From positions 1 through 30,049 of the forward strand of contig CAYPAZ010000001.1 of assembly GCA_964408835.1 (NCBI GenBank): a stretch of 30,049 bases of DNA. The letters are read 5' to 3'. Positions 16,430-23,496 of this stretch are shown one piece after another. The notes beneath the pieces were generated by a model. That model saw nothing but the letters and a program-made list of their open reading frames with translations. It made no database searches and was not told the origin of the DNA. Within the stretch, counting starts at the first letter, position 1; every line of letters starts with the position of its first letter. The position numbers and the translations under genes were made by a program. The DNA is from an uncultured Anaerolineaceae bacterium (GTDB taxonomy: Bacteria > Chloroflexota > Dehalococcoidia > Tepidiformales > Tepidiformaceae).

Positions 16430-17686
16430 TCAGGAAACCGTCGTCATCCCTTCGCGTGGCGCGCCGACGAGGATCACCATGTTCCCGTCGGGCTGCGAGT
16501 TTTCGTACATGAGCTGATGGCACTCGCCGGTCTCCTCGAACGGGAATACGCGGGAAACGCAGGGGTCCACCTTGCCCGCGACGACCAGGTCGTTGAAGGC
16601 GTTCGCCTGCTCATCGTTGGCGAAGTGCGAGCCCTGCAGCCGCTTCTGGCGCATCCAGAGGTACCGCAGGTCAACATCGGCGTTGTAGCCGCTCGTCCCA
16701 GCGCAGATAACGACCATCCCGCCGTTGTCGGCGACGAAGATGGAGGTTGGGATGGTGTCCTGGCCCGGGTGTTCGAAGACGATCCGCGGGTTCTTGCGCT
16801 CGCCGAGCACATCCCAGAGTGCTTTGCCGAATGCCCGCGCACCGACGGTGAACTTCCCCATCGTCTCGGCGTCGTCCCAGGCAGGTAGCCGGCCCCAGTG
16901 GTCGAAGTCCTTGCGGTTGATGCAGCCGATGGCGCCCAGGCGCTTGCAGAAGTCGTACTTGGCCTCGTTCGAGACCACCGCCACGGGCTTCGCTCCCTTG
17001 AGCGCCGCGAGCTGGATGGCCATAGAACCAAGCCCGCCGGCTCCACCCCACACCAACACCACGTCGCCCTCACGGACGTCGTGCGGTGGCCAGCCGAAGA
17101 GCATGCGATAGGCGGTGGCGCCCACGAGAGTTGGCGCGGCAGCAGCCTCCCACGTCAGCTGTGGCGCTTTGGGCATGCACTGGTGAGCCTGGACCTTTGT
17201 GAACTGGGCAAACGAGCCCCAGTTGGTCTCGTAGCCCCAAATCTTGAACGAGGGGCTGAACATGGGGTCTTCGCCCGAGAGCACCTCCGGGGCGTTCACA
17301 TCCCAGCTGCCACAGTGGACGACGACTTCGTCCCCGACTTTGAGATTCTTCACATTCGAGCCGACCGCGTAGACGATTCCAGAGGCGTCACTTCCGCCGA
17401 TATGGAAGTCTTCGGTTTCGCCGCCCCGTTGCCGGGCGGCGATGACATCGACCGGCGTGCCAAGGCTTGCCCAGACGTTGTTGTAGTTCACCCCGGCGGC
17501 CATGACGTAGACGAGCGCGTCTTCGGGGCCGATTTCCGGGACGGGCACGACCTCGGACTGGAATGCCTGCCGCGGCTCACCGAAGCGAGACTGGCGGATG
17601 AGCTGCGCGTGCATGGTGGCGGGGATGTGGCCGAGCGGCGGCGCCTCCCCGAGGGCATAGAGATCCTTGAGGGTGTCAGTGGACAT
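16430..17686 (-). CDS. ccr: Crotonyl-CoA carboxylase/reductase, 418 aa
   Basis: [93 protein letters not shown] 17686 follows GAGGAAG. Confidence 0.93.
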   Translation of the reverse strand: MSTDTLKDLYALGEAPPLGHIPATMHAQLIRQSRFGEPRQAFQSEVVPVPEIGPEDALVYVMAAGVNYNNVWASLGTPVDVIAARQRGGETEDFHIGGSDASGIVYAVGSNVKNLKVGDEVVVHCGSWDVNAPEVLSGEDPMFSPSFKIWGYETNWGSFAQFTKVQAHQCMPKAPQLTWEAAAAPTLVGATAYRMLFGWPPHDVREGDVVLVWGGAGGLGSMAIQLAALKGAKPVAVVSNEAKYDFCKRLGAIGCINRKDFDHWGRLPAWDDAETMGKFTVGARAFGKALWDVLGERKNPRIVFEHPGQDTIPTSIFVADNGGMVVICAGTSGYNADVDLRYLWMRQKRLQGSHFANDEQANAFNDLVVAGKVDPCVSRVFPFEETGECHQLMYENSQPDGNMVILVGAPREGMTTVS

Positions 17687-17741
17687 AGCTTCCTCGAAGC
17701 GCAAGCCGGTGCGGTTGGCTGGCGGAGATGGTGGTCGCCAC

Positions 17742-17770
17742 AATCTACAAGAGCGCTATTGACGCGTAAA
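17742..17770 (-). promoter_or_regulatory. Putative sigma70 promoter of the ccr cluster (TTTACG-N17-TAGATT)
   Basis: On the minus strand, TTTACG at 17770-17765, a 17-nt spacer and TAGATT at 17747-17742, about 55 nt upstream of the ccr ATG. Confidence 0.6.
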
Positions 17771-17810
17771 CCGGCGACACCTCTGTGCCATAGCCGGGGC
17801 ATATGGCTTG

Positions 17811-18884
17811 TTATGGAACCGGCAGCTCAGCCCCTTCGGCGGCGGACCGATAGCAGGCAGCCACGACCTCGTGGGCGCGCAGCGCAACGGCGAAGTCGGG
17901 GAATGCTGGCCGGCCGTCCGCCACCGCCTGCAGGAACCGGACATCCTCGAGCATCCCCTGCCGCGCAAGGTCGGCTTCCAGCTCGCTCAACCCGGCGAGG
18001 CTGACGTAGCGGTCGAGCACTTCCTCGGAGGTCAGTTCGACTTCCGGGCCTTCAGCCAGCGCGTACCGGATCGGCCCGAGGAAGTCATGCTCGGTCCAGA
18101 ACCATCCACGCTCGAAGAACACCTCGAGCAGGCGGCGCGTCAGGCGGCGTGACTCCACGGCGTGCCAGATCGAGCTGAGCGTGGTCTGGTGGCCGCCCTC
18201 GTGCTGGAAAGTGGCCATGGCGACATCCTCGATCCCGTCGTGGCCCGTGGTGACGCGGGTATGGCAGCGGACCCTCTCGATGGGCCCGAACAGCCAGTGG
18301 AAGACGTCGACATCGTGGATCGAGTGCTCGACCAGCGTGCCGCCGCCGGTGCGGGCGGGGTCGCCCCGCCAGGTGCTGCGATAGTGCCCTTCGATGGGGA
18401 AGACCTGGTCGTCGCGCATGTGCGCTGTGAGCAGCGGCCCGAGGTCGTGATTGGACATCAGGTCGGCAAGCACGGTGTAGACGGGAGAGTACCGGAGCAC
18501 GAGGCCCACCTGGTTGACCACCCCCGCGTCGCGGGTGAGCGCCGCCATCCGCCGGACCGCTTCGATGGACATGGCCAGCGGCTTCTCGCAGAAGATTGCC
18601 AGCCCTCGCTCCACGGCTGCCTCCACCAGCGCTGGATGAGCGGAGGTTTCGGTGCAGATGTAGACAGCGTTGAGGCGCGGGTCCGCGAGCAGCGTCTGGG
18701 CGTCGCTTGTCGCGACATCGGCGCCGACGATGTCGGCGAATGCGCGAGCCCGCTCAAGGTCCAGGTCACAGGTCGCTGCGTACTGGGCAGGTACCAGTTC
18801 CGAGCGAATCGCCCCGCGGATGTTGCGCGAATGAAAGCGGCCGATGTGGCCGCAACCGATGAGTCCGACAACGGGATAAGGCAC
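17811..18884 (-). CDS. Gfo/Idh/MocA-family oxidoreductase, ~357 aa
   Basis: VGLIGCGHIG, AVYICT..SAH, IFCEKPLA, QVGLVLRYSP, GGGTLVEHSIHDVD. GTG 18884 is preferred because the alternative ATG 18917 overlaps a TAAAAT -10 candidate (18921-18916). The start is uncertain. Confidence 0.85.
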   Translation of the reverse strand: MPYPVVGLIGCGHIGRFHSRNIRGAIRSELVPAQYAATCDLDLERARAFADIVGADVATSDAQTLLADPRLNAVYICTETSAHPALVEAAVERGLAIFCEKPLAMSIEAVRRMAALTRDAGVVNQVGLVLRYSPVYTVLADLMSNHDLGPLLTAHMRDDQVFPIEGHYRSTWRGDPARTGGGTLVEHSIHDVDVFHWLFGPIERVRCHTRVTTGHDGIEDVAMATFQHEGGHQTTLSSIWHAVESRRLTRRLLEVFFERGWFWTEHDFLGPIRYALAEGPEVELTSEEVLDRYVSLAGLSELEADLARQGMLEDVRFLQAVADGRPAFPDFAVALRAHEVVAACYRSAAEGAELPVP

Positions 18885-18923
18885 GTCTGGAAGGCTCTTG
18901 GAGAGTTTTGCCTGCATTTTACT

Positions 18924-19079
18924 GGTGGGTTGCCCTCTGTTGCTCACCCTACCCTGTGGGGAGCCGAATATGCCGTTGTGGGCTTAACGGCCCCCACCGC
19001 CCCTCAAAGGGCGAAAACGGCCGCCTGCAGAAGCGATCACCTGGGGGCGCAAGCGTGGTCTTCTGCGGGCGGCCTTTTT
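18924..19079 (+). ncRNA. Candidate structured RNA of unknown family (four stems, ends in a terminator-like hairpin)
   Basis: Consecutive stems 18924-30/18942-48; 18956-61/18992-97 enclosing 18972-77/18986-91; 18998-19002/19009-13; 19019-32/19061-74 with inner 19035-40/19055-60 and a GCAA tetraloop; then T5. Four G-U wobbles pair only on the + strand. Confidence 0.35.
19019..19079 (+). terminator. Intrinsic-terminator-like hairpin
   Basis: The 14-bp stem GGCCGCCTGCAGAA / TTCTGCGGGCGGCC is followed directly by TTTTT. Confidence 0.55.
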
Positions 19080-19118
19080 GCTGCCCTGCGCCAGGTCTAC
19101 TCTGAGACTCCCCGTCCT

Positions 19119-19146
19119 TTGCCCGCCTTGAGGCCCGTGCTATAGT
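19119..19146 (+). promoter_or_regulatory. Putative sigma70 promoter of the nuo operon (TTGCCC-N16-TATAGT, extended -10 TG)
   Basis: TTGCCC at 19119-19124, TG at 19138-39 and TATAGT at 19141-19146, about 40 nt upstream of nuoA. Confidence 0.65.
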
Positions 19147-19187
19147 GCGCCCGGACTTTAAGACAGATTTCACAAGCGGGCGGCGGC

Positions 19188-19562
19188 GTGCTCAGCGAAT
19201 ACGGCCACCTCGGAATCATCGTCATCCTGGCCATCATCTTTCCCCTCGGGGCGGTGGTGACTTCGTGGGCGCTCAAGTTCGTCGGGATCCGGCCGGATGT
19301 GGCCTCCGACCCCGTGAAGGATGACACCTACGAGTGCGGTATCCGCACCGAGGGACCGAGCGTCCCGCAGTTCAACTTCCGCTTCTACTACGTCGCTCTG
19401 CTGTTCGTGCTGTTCGATGTTGAGTTGGTGTTCCTGTTCCCGTGGGGAGTGGTCCTGGCGGATGTCGGCACGGAGGGGTACCTGCTCGGGATGACATTCA
19501 TCGGGATCCTGTTCCTCGGGCTCCTCTACGAGTGGCGAAAGCGGGCGCTCGAATGGCGGTAG
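19188..19562 (+). CDS. nuoA: NADH-quinone oxidoreductase subunit A, 124 aa
   Basis: Three hydrophobic segments, loop [29 protein letters not shown] and [10 protein letters not shown]. Confidence 0.95.
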   Translation: MLSEYGHLGIIVILAIIFPLGAVVTSWALKFVGIRPDVASDPVKDDTYECGIRTEGPSVPQFNFRFYYVALLFVLFDVELVFLFPWGVVLADVGTEGYLLGMTFIGILFLGLLYEWRKRALEWR

Positions 19563-20089
19563 CCGGCACGCACACCTGGACCGGCGACGAAGCCAGGGCC
19601 GCTGCCGAGCGGCTGGTCCCCGGCTCCGTCGCCCGGAGCACCGGGGTGGCGGCCTACATCAAGCCCGAGGCCTGGGTTGAGACGCTACGCGCCCTGCGAG
19701 ACGACGCGGAGACGAACTTCGTGTTTCTCACCAACCTCTGCGGAGTGGACTGGTGGGATCACCTCGAGGTCGTCTGTCATCTGCAATCCCTCAACAAGAA
19801 CCAGGCGTGCTGCGTGAAGCTGGAAGTCCCTGACCGGGAGAACCCGAGCGCGCCGAGCCTTGTCGATGTCTGGCACGGGGCATGGATGCAGGAGTGTGAG
19901 GCCTACGACATGTTCGGCATCGTGTTCGAAGGCCATCCGAACCTCCACCGCATCCTGCTCTGGGAGGGGTTCCCCGGCTGGCCGCTGCGGAAGGACTTTC
20001 TCTCGCTCCCCGGCGGGTTGCAACCCGGCCTGAGTGAATTCGCCGGGACCTCCCCACGCAACGAGCCTCCCGTGAGAGTGGTGGAATGA
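19553..20089 (+). CDS. nuoC: NADH-quinone oxidoreductase subunit C, 178 aa
   Basis: ATG at 19553 lies inside the nuoA end. [46 protein letters not shown]. Confidence 0.92.
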   Translation: MAVAGTHTWTGDEARAAAERLVPGSVARSTGVAAYIKPEAWVETLRALRDDAETNFVFLTNLCGVDWWDHLEVVCHLQSLNKNQACCVKLEVPDRENPSAPSLVDVWHGAWMQECEAYDMFGIVFEGHPNLHRILLWEGFPGWPLRKDFLSLPGGLQPGLSEFAGTSPRNEPPVRVVE

Positions 20090-21195
20090 CCAGCCCGCTG
20101 CAGACCGAGCCCTTCGTCATCAACATCGGGCCGCAGCATCCTTCGACCCACGGTGTCTTCCGGATCCGCGCCACCGTGGACGGCGAGCGCGTCGTCGACG
20201 CGGAGATGATCATGGGCTACCTCCACCGCTCGATGGAGAAGCTGGCCGAGGAACGCACGTACACCCAGAACATCCCCTTCACCGACAGGACGGACTACCT
20301 TTCGAGCATGTCCAACAACCTGGGGTACTGCCTGGCGGTTGAGAAGCTCGCCGGCATCGAAGTCCCCGCCCGCGGGAGCGCCATCCGCGTAATCATGGCC
20401 GAACTCCAGCGCATGGCCAGCCACTGCATGGCCATCGGCGCGTTCACCAACGACACCGGCGCCTGGCAGACCCCGGTGATGTGGGGCTTCCGTGACCGCG
20501 AGAAGATCCTGGACCTCTTCGAGATGACCTGCGGCGCCCGGCTGACGTGCAACTACATGCGCATCGGTGGCGTGGCGTTCGACCTCCCGAAGGAGTTCGA
20601 ACCGGCATGCCGACAGGTCCTCCGCGACTTTCCCCGGCTCGTGGACGATCTCACCGACCTCCTGCTCGGCAACGAGATCTTCCTTGTGCGTTCGAAGAAC
20701 GTGGCGGTGATACCGCCCGAGATGGCGATCAACGCCAGCCTCAGCGGGCCGATGCTGCGAGGCAGTGGTGTGGCCTGGGACATCCGCAAAGCGGACCCTT
20801 ACTGCGGGTACGAACAGTACGATTTCGACATCCCGCTCGGTCACCAGGGCGATGCGTTCGACCGGTTCATCGTTCGGCTCGAGGAAGTCCGCCAGAGCTG
20901 CCGGATCGTCGAGCAGGCGCTGGATGCGTTGCCGGGTGGCCCCCACTCCACGCAGATCCCGCTGGCGCTCAGGCCGCCGGAGGGTGAGGCATACGCGCGG
21001 GTGGAATCGCCGCGCGGGGAGCTCGGCTACTACGTGGTGAGCGATGAGGGCCCCTCGCCCTATCGCTTCCACATCCGGCCCCCGTCGTTCATCAACCTCA
21101 GCGTCCTGAAGGAGATGACCGTTGGCGGTACGGTGGCCGATGCCATTGTGGCGCTCGGCTCGGTCGATATCGTCGTCGGGGAGATCGACCGCTGA
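20086..21195 (+). CDS. nuoD: NADH-quinone oxidoreductase subunit D, 369 aa
   Basis: [60 protein letters not shown] and the terminal DIVVGEIDR. No Ni-binding CxxC motifs. Confidence 0.96.
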   Translation: MTSPLQTEPFVINIGPQHPSTHGVFRIRATVDGERVVDAEMIMGYLHRSMEKLAEERTYTQNIPFTDRTDYLSSMSNNLGYCLAVEKLAGIEVPARGSAIRVIMAELQRMASHCMAIGAFTNDTGAWQTPVMWGFRDREKILDLFEMTCGARLTCNYMRIGGVAFDLPKEFEPACRQVLRDFPRLVDDLTDLLLGNEIFLVRSKNVAVIPPEMAINASLSGPMLRGSGVAWDIRKADPYCGYEQYDFDIPLGHQGDAFDRFIVRLEEVRQSCRIVEQALDALPGGPHSTQIPLALRPPEGEAYARVESPRGELGYYVVSDEGPSPYRFHIRPPSFINLSVLKEMTVGGTVADAIVALGSVDIVVGEIDR

Positions 21196-22457
21196 TGGCC
21201 CTCCCCGCGCTCGTCTCCGACAACTGGTACGACATTCGTGACCTGGGCAATCTCTCGCGGGAGATCCTGGAGTTCGTCGACAGGATGCTTGGCAGCGAAG
21301 CGGCCTACATCGTCTCGCCGATCATCGGGTTCGTGGCCGGGTTCCTCATCTTCATCCTGCCTTCCCAGCTCATCGTCGGGGTGTATGGCGAACGGAAACT
21401 CATCGGCCGCATCCAGTCGCGCTTCGGCCCCAATCGGGTGGGCCCGTTCGGGCTGCTCCAGCCAATCGCCGATGCAATCAAGCTGATCCAGAAGGAGGCA
21501 CTCACGCCAAGGAGCGCCGACAAGGTCGTGATGTACATCGCGCCTATCGTGTTCGTCGCGCCTGCGGTGATGCTGATCGCGGTCATCCCCTTCGGGCCGA
21601 ACATGATCATCGCCGACATCCCGAACTCGCTGCTCTACGTGGTCGCAGTGACCTCGCTCCCGGTCCTGGCAGCGTTCATGGCGGGCTGGAGCCACAACAA
21701 CAAGTACTCGTTGTTTGGGTCTATGCGCATCGTGGCGATGTCGATTAGCTACGAGATCCCGCTCGTCATTGCCTTGCTCTCGGTGGCCCTCATGACCGGC
21801 AGCCTGAACCTGAACGAGATGGTGATCTGGCAGCGGGAGGCCGGGATCATGTTGGCCTGGCTGCTGCCGATCTCGTTCATCGTGTTCTTCATTAGCGCCA
21901 GCGCCGAACTCAACCGGACGCCTGCCGACATCGCCGAGGCCGAGTCGGAGATCGTTGCCGGGTACCTGACCGAGTACTCGGGTATGAAGTGGGGGCTGTT
22001 CTACGGCATGGACATCGGCTACGCCCTCGGCGCCGCTGCGATCGGCTCTACGGTCTTCCTCGGCGGCTACTGGTTGTTCGGGCTGGAGAAGTGGGTCCCC
22101 GGCTGGCTCATCCTGATTACGAAGGCCCAGGTGTTCTATCTGGTGTTCATCTGGACGCGCGGCACGCTCCCAAGGCTCCGGATCGACCAGTTGATGTCGT
22201 TCGCGTGGAAATACATGCTGCCGATCGCGCTCTTCAATCTCGTGATCGTCGCAACCCAGAAGACCATCTGGGCCCAGAATCCTGACTGGAACGAACACGT
22301 GGTCGTGTACGCCTTCGCCGCGATCAACATTGCAGCGGCGGTGGCCCTGATCGTCGGATGGGCGCGGCTGATGGGCTACCGGCCCGAGAAGCAGTTGGTC
22401 CGGCCAGTCATGGTGAACGAAGCCACTGGATACACCCCTTCCGGAGGGGGCCAGTAA
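21195..22457 (+). CDS. nuoH: NADH-quinone oxidoreductase subunit H (extended), 420 aa
   Basis: ERKLIGRIQSRFGPNRVGPFGLLQPIADAIKL..KE, KYSLFGSMR...ISYE, AELNRTPAD..EAESE, EYSG, RGTLPRLRIDQL. Confidence 0.95.
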   Translation: MALPALVSDNWYDIRDLGNLSREILEFVDRMLGSEAAYIVSPIIGFVAGFLIFILPSQLIVGVYGERKLIGRIQSRFGPNRVGPFGLLQPIADAIKLIQKEALTPRSADKVVMYIAPIVFVAPAVMLIAVIPFGPNMIIADIPNSLLYVVAVTSLPVLAAFMAGWSHNNKYSLFGSMRIVAMSISYEIPLVIALLSVALMTGSLNLNEMVIWQREAGIMLAWLLPISFIVFFISASAELNRTPADIAEAESEIVAGYLTEYSGMKWGLFYGMDIGYALGAAAIGSTVFLGGYWLFGLEKWVPGWLILITKAQVFYLVFIWTRGTLPRLRIDQLMSFAWKYMLPIALFNLVIVATQKTIWAQNPDWNEHVVVYAFAAINIAAAVALIVGWARLMGYRPEKQLVRPVMVNEATGYTPSGGGQ

Positions 22458-22981
22458 TGGAGGGCGCGGGCGTGACCATCGGGTTCTGGACGCTGAGCGT
22501 CGTGACACTCGGCTCCGCGGGCGGCGTGCTGGTCGCTCGCAACCTGCTCCACGCCATCCTGTTCCTTATCGTGTCGTTCATCGGCGTCGCAGGGTTCTTC
22601 CTCATGCTCTCGGCCGAGTTCCTGGCGATGGTCCAGGTGCTCATTTACGTCGGGGCGATCACCGTGCTCATCCTCTTCGCTATCTTCCTCACGCCCCTCG
22701 CGGGGCGAGATAACGCCGAAACGAAGATGCTCGCTCCCGCGGCGATGCTCGCGGTAGCGCTGGCTGCCGTGTTCATCTTCGTGATCTGGGAGACCGACTG
22801 GTCCGTCGTGGCGGCTGACCCGGGAGCGGAGGCCCTTGGCACCGGTGAGCTGGGCCGGGCGCTCTTGAGCACATGGGCCCTTCCGTTCGAGCTCGCAGCG
22901 GTGCTCCTGACCGCGGCACTCATCGGGGCGGTGATGCTTGCCCGCTCCAACGAGGAAGAGCAGGAGGACCTGGGAGAGTGA
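22457..22981 (+). CDS. nuoJ: NADH-quinone oxidoreductase subunit J, 174 aa
   Basis: TAATG overlap with nuoH. RNLLHAILFL, AEFLAMVQVLIYVGAITVL and PFELAAVLL. Confidence 0.94.
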   Translation: MEGAGVTIGFWTLSVVTLGSAGGVLVARNLLHAILFLIVSFIGVAGFFLMLSAEFLAMVQVLIYVGAITVLILFAIFLTPLAGRDNAETKMLAPAAMLAVALAAVFIFVIWETDWSVVAADPGAEALGTGELGRALLSTWALPFELAAVLLTAALIGAVMLARSNEEEQEDLGE

Positions 22982-23292
22982 CGCTCGATCTGGAACACTT
23001 CCTGACCGTCGGGGCGCTGCTGTTTGCCGCGGGTCTGCTCGTCGCTCTGAGCAAGCGCAACATCATCGGCGTCCTGATGGGCATCGAACTCATGCTCAAT
23101 GCAGTGAACCTGACGCTAGTCGCGTTCGCGCGCTTCAGCGAGTCGGCGCAGCCGGTCACGGGGCACGTGTTCGTCCTGTTTGTCCTTACCGTCGCGGCTT
23201 CCGAAGCCGCAGTAGCCCTGGCGCTCGCCATGGCGGTCTACCGCAACCGGCAGACCGTCGATGTCGACTCGCTCAACCTGCTGAGGTCGTAG
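22978..23292 (+). CDS. nuoK: NADH-quinone oxidoreductase subunit K, 104 aa
   Basis: GTGA overlap with nuoJ. KRNIIGVLMGIELMLNAVNL and VAASEAAVALA. Confidence 0.95.
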   Translation: MTLDLEHFLTVGALLFAAGLLVALSKRNIIGVLMGIELMLNAVNLTLVAFARFSESAQPVTGHVFVLFVLTVAASEAAVALALAMAVYRNRQTVDVDSLNLLRS

Positions 23293-23295
23293 CTC

Positions 23296-23493
23296 ATGTG
23301 GGTTGAGTTCATGACCGTGAAGAACGCTTACGTCGCGGAGCTCTGGAGGGAGCTGTTCGCGGCGGAGGGCCTTGCCATCCGCGTGGTCCCACCTGTCGGC
23401 TATGGCGAGAAGGCTTCGATGCGCGACGAGCGCACGCTCTACGTCCCCAGCGGCAAAGCTCACGTGGCCCGCGAAATCCTGAGGAAGATCTAG
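23296..23493 (+). CDS. Small hypothetical protein, DUF2007/PII-like pattern, 65 aa
   Basis: Fills the nuoK-nuoL gap exactly, with 3-nt spacers on both sides. The pattern AELWRELFAAEGL...V...LYVP....A.EIL resembles DUF2007. Confidence 0.75.
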   Translation: MWVEFMTVKNAYVAELWRELFAAEGLAIRVVPPVGYGEKASMRDERTLYVPSGKAHVAREILRKI

Positions 23494-23496
23494 CCC

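Noticed and set aside
18915-19000. Partial resemblance to ZTP, lysine, yybP or glycine riboswitch words (ACTGG, GGGGAG, GCCGAA, AAACTCTC)
   Set aside because: Only isolated short words match. The required helices and pseudoknot partners are missing, and gene context does not fit. It is kept only as an unassigned structured RNA.
18908-19105. Possible attenuator leader peptide (MPAFYWWVALCC...) over the structured region
   Set aside because: It has a TTG start with no SD, reads through all the hairpins and the U-tract, and the downstream genes are not aromatic amino acid biosynthesis genes.
20086-21195. Group 4 [NiFe]-hydrogenase (Ech/Hyc/Mbh-like) reading of the operon
   Set aside because: The large subunit lacks both Ni-binding CxxC motifs. 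It has NuoD quinone-site motifs and ends in GEIDR, and no maturation genes are present.
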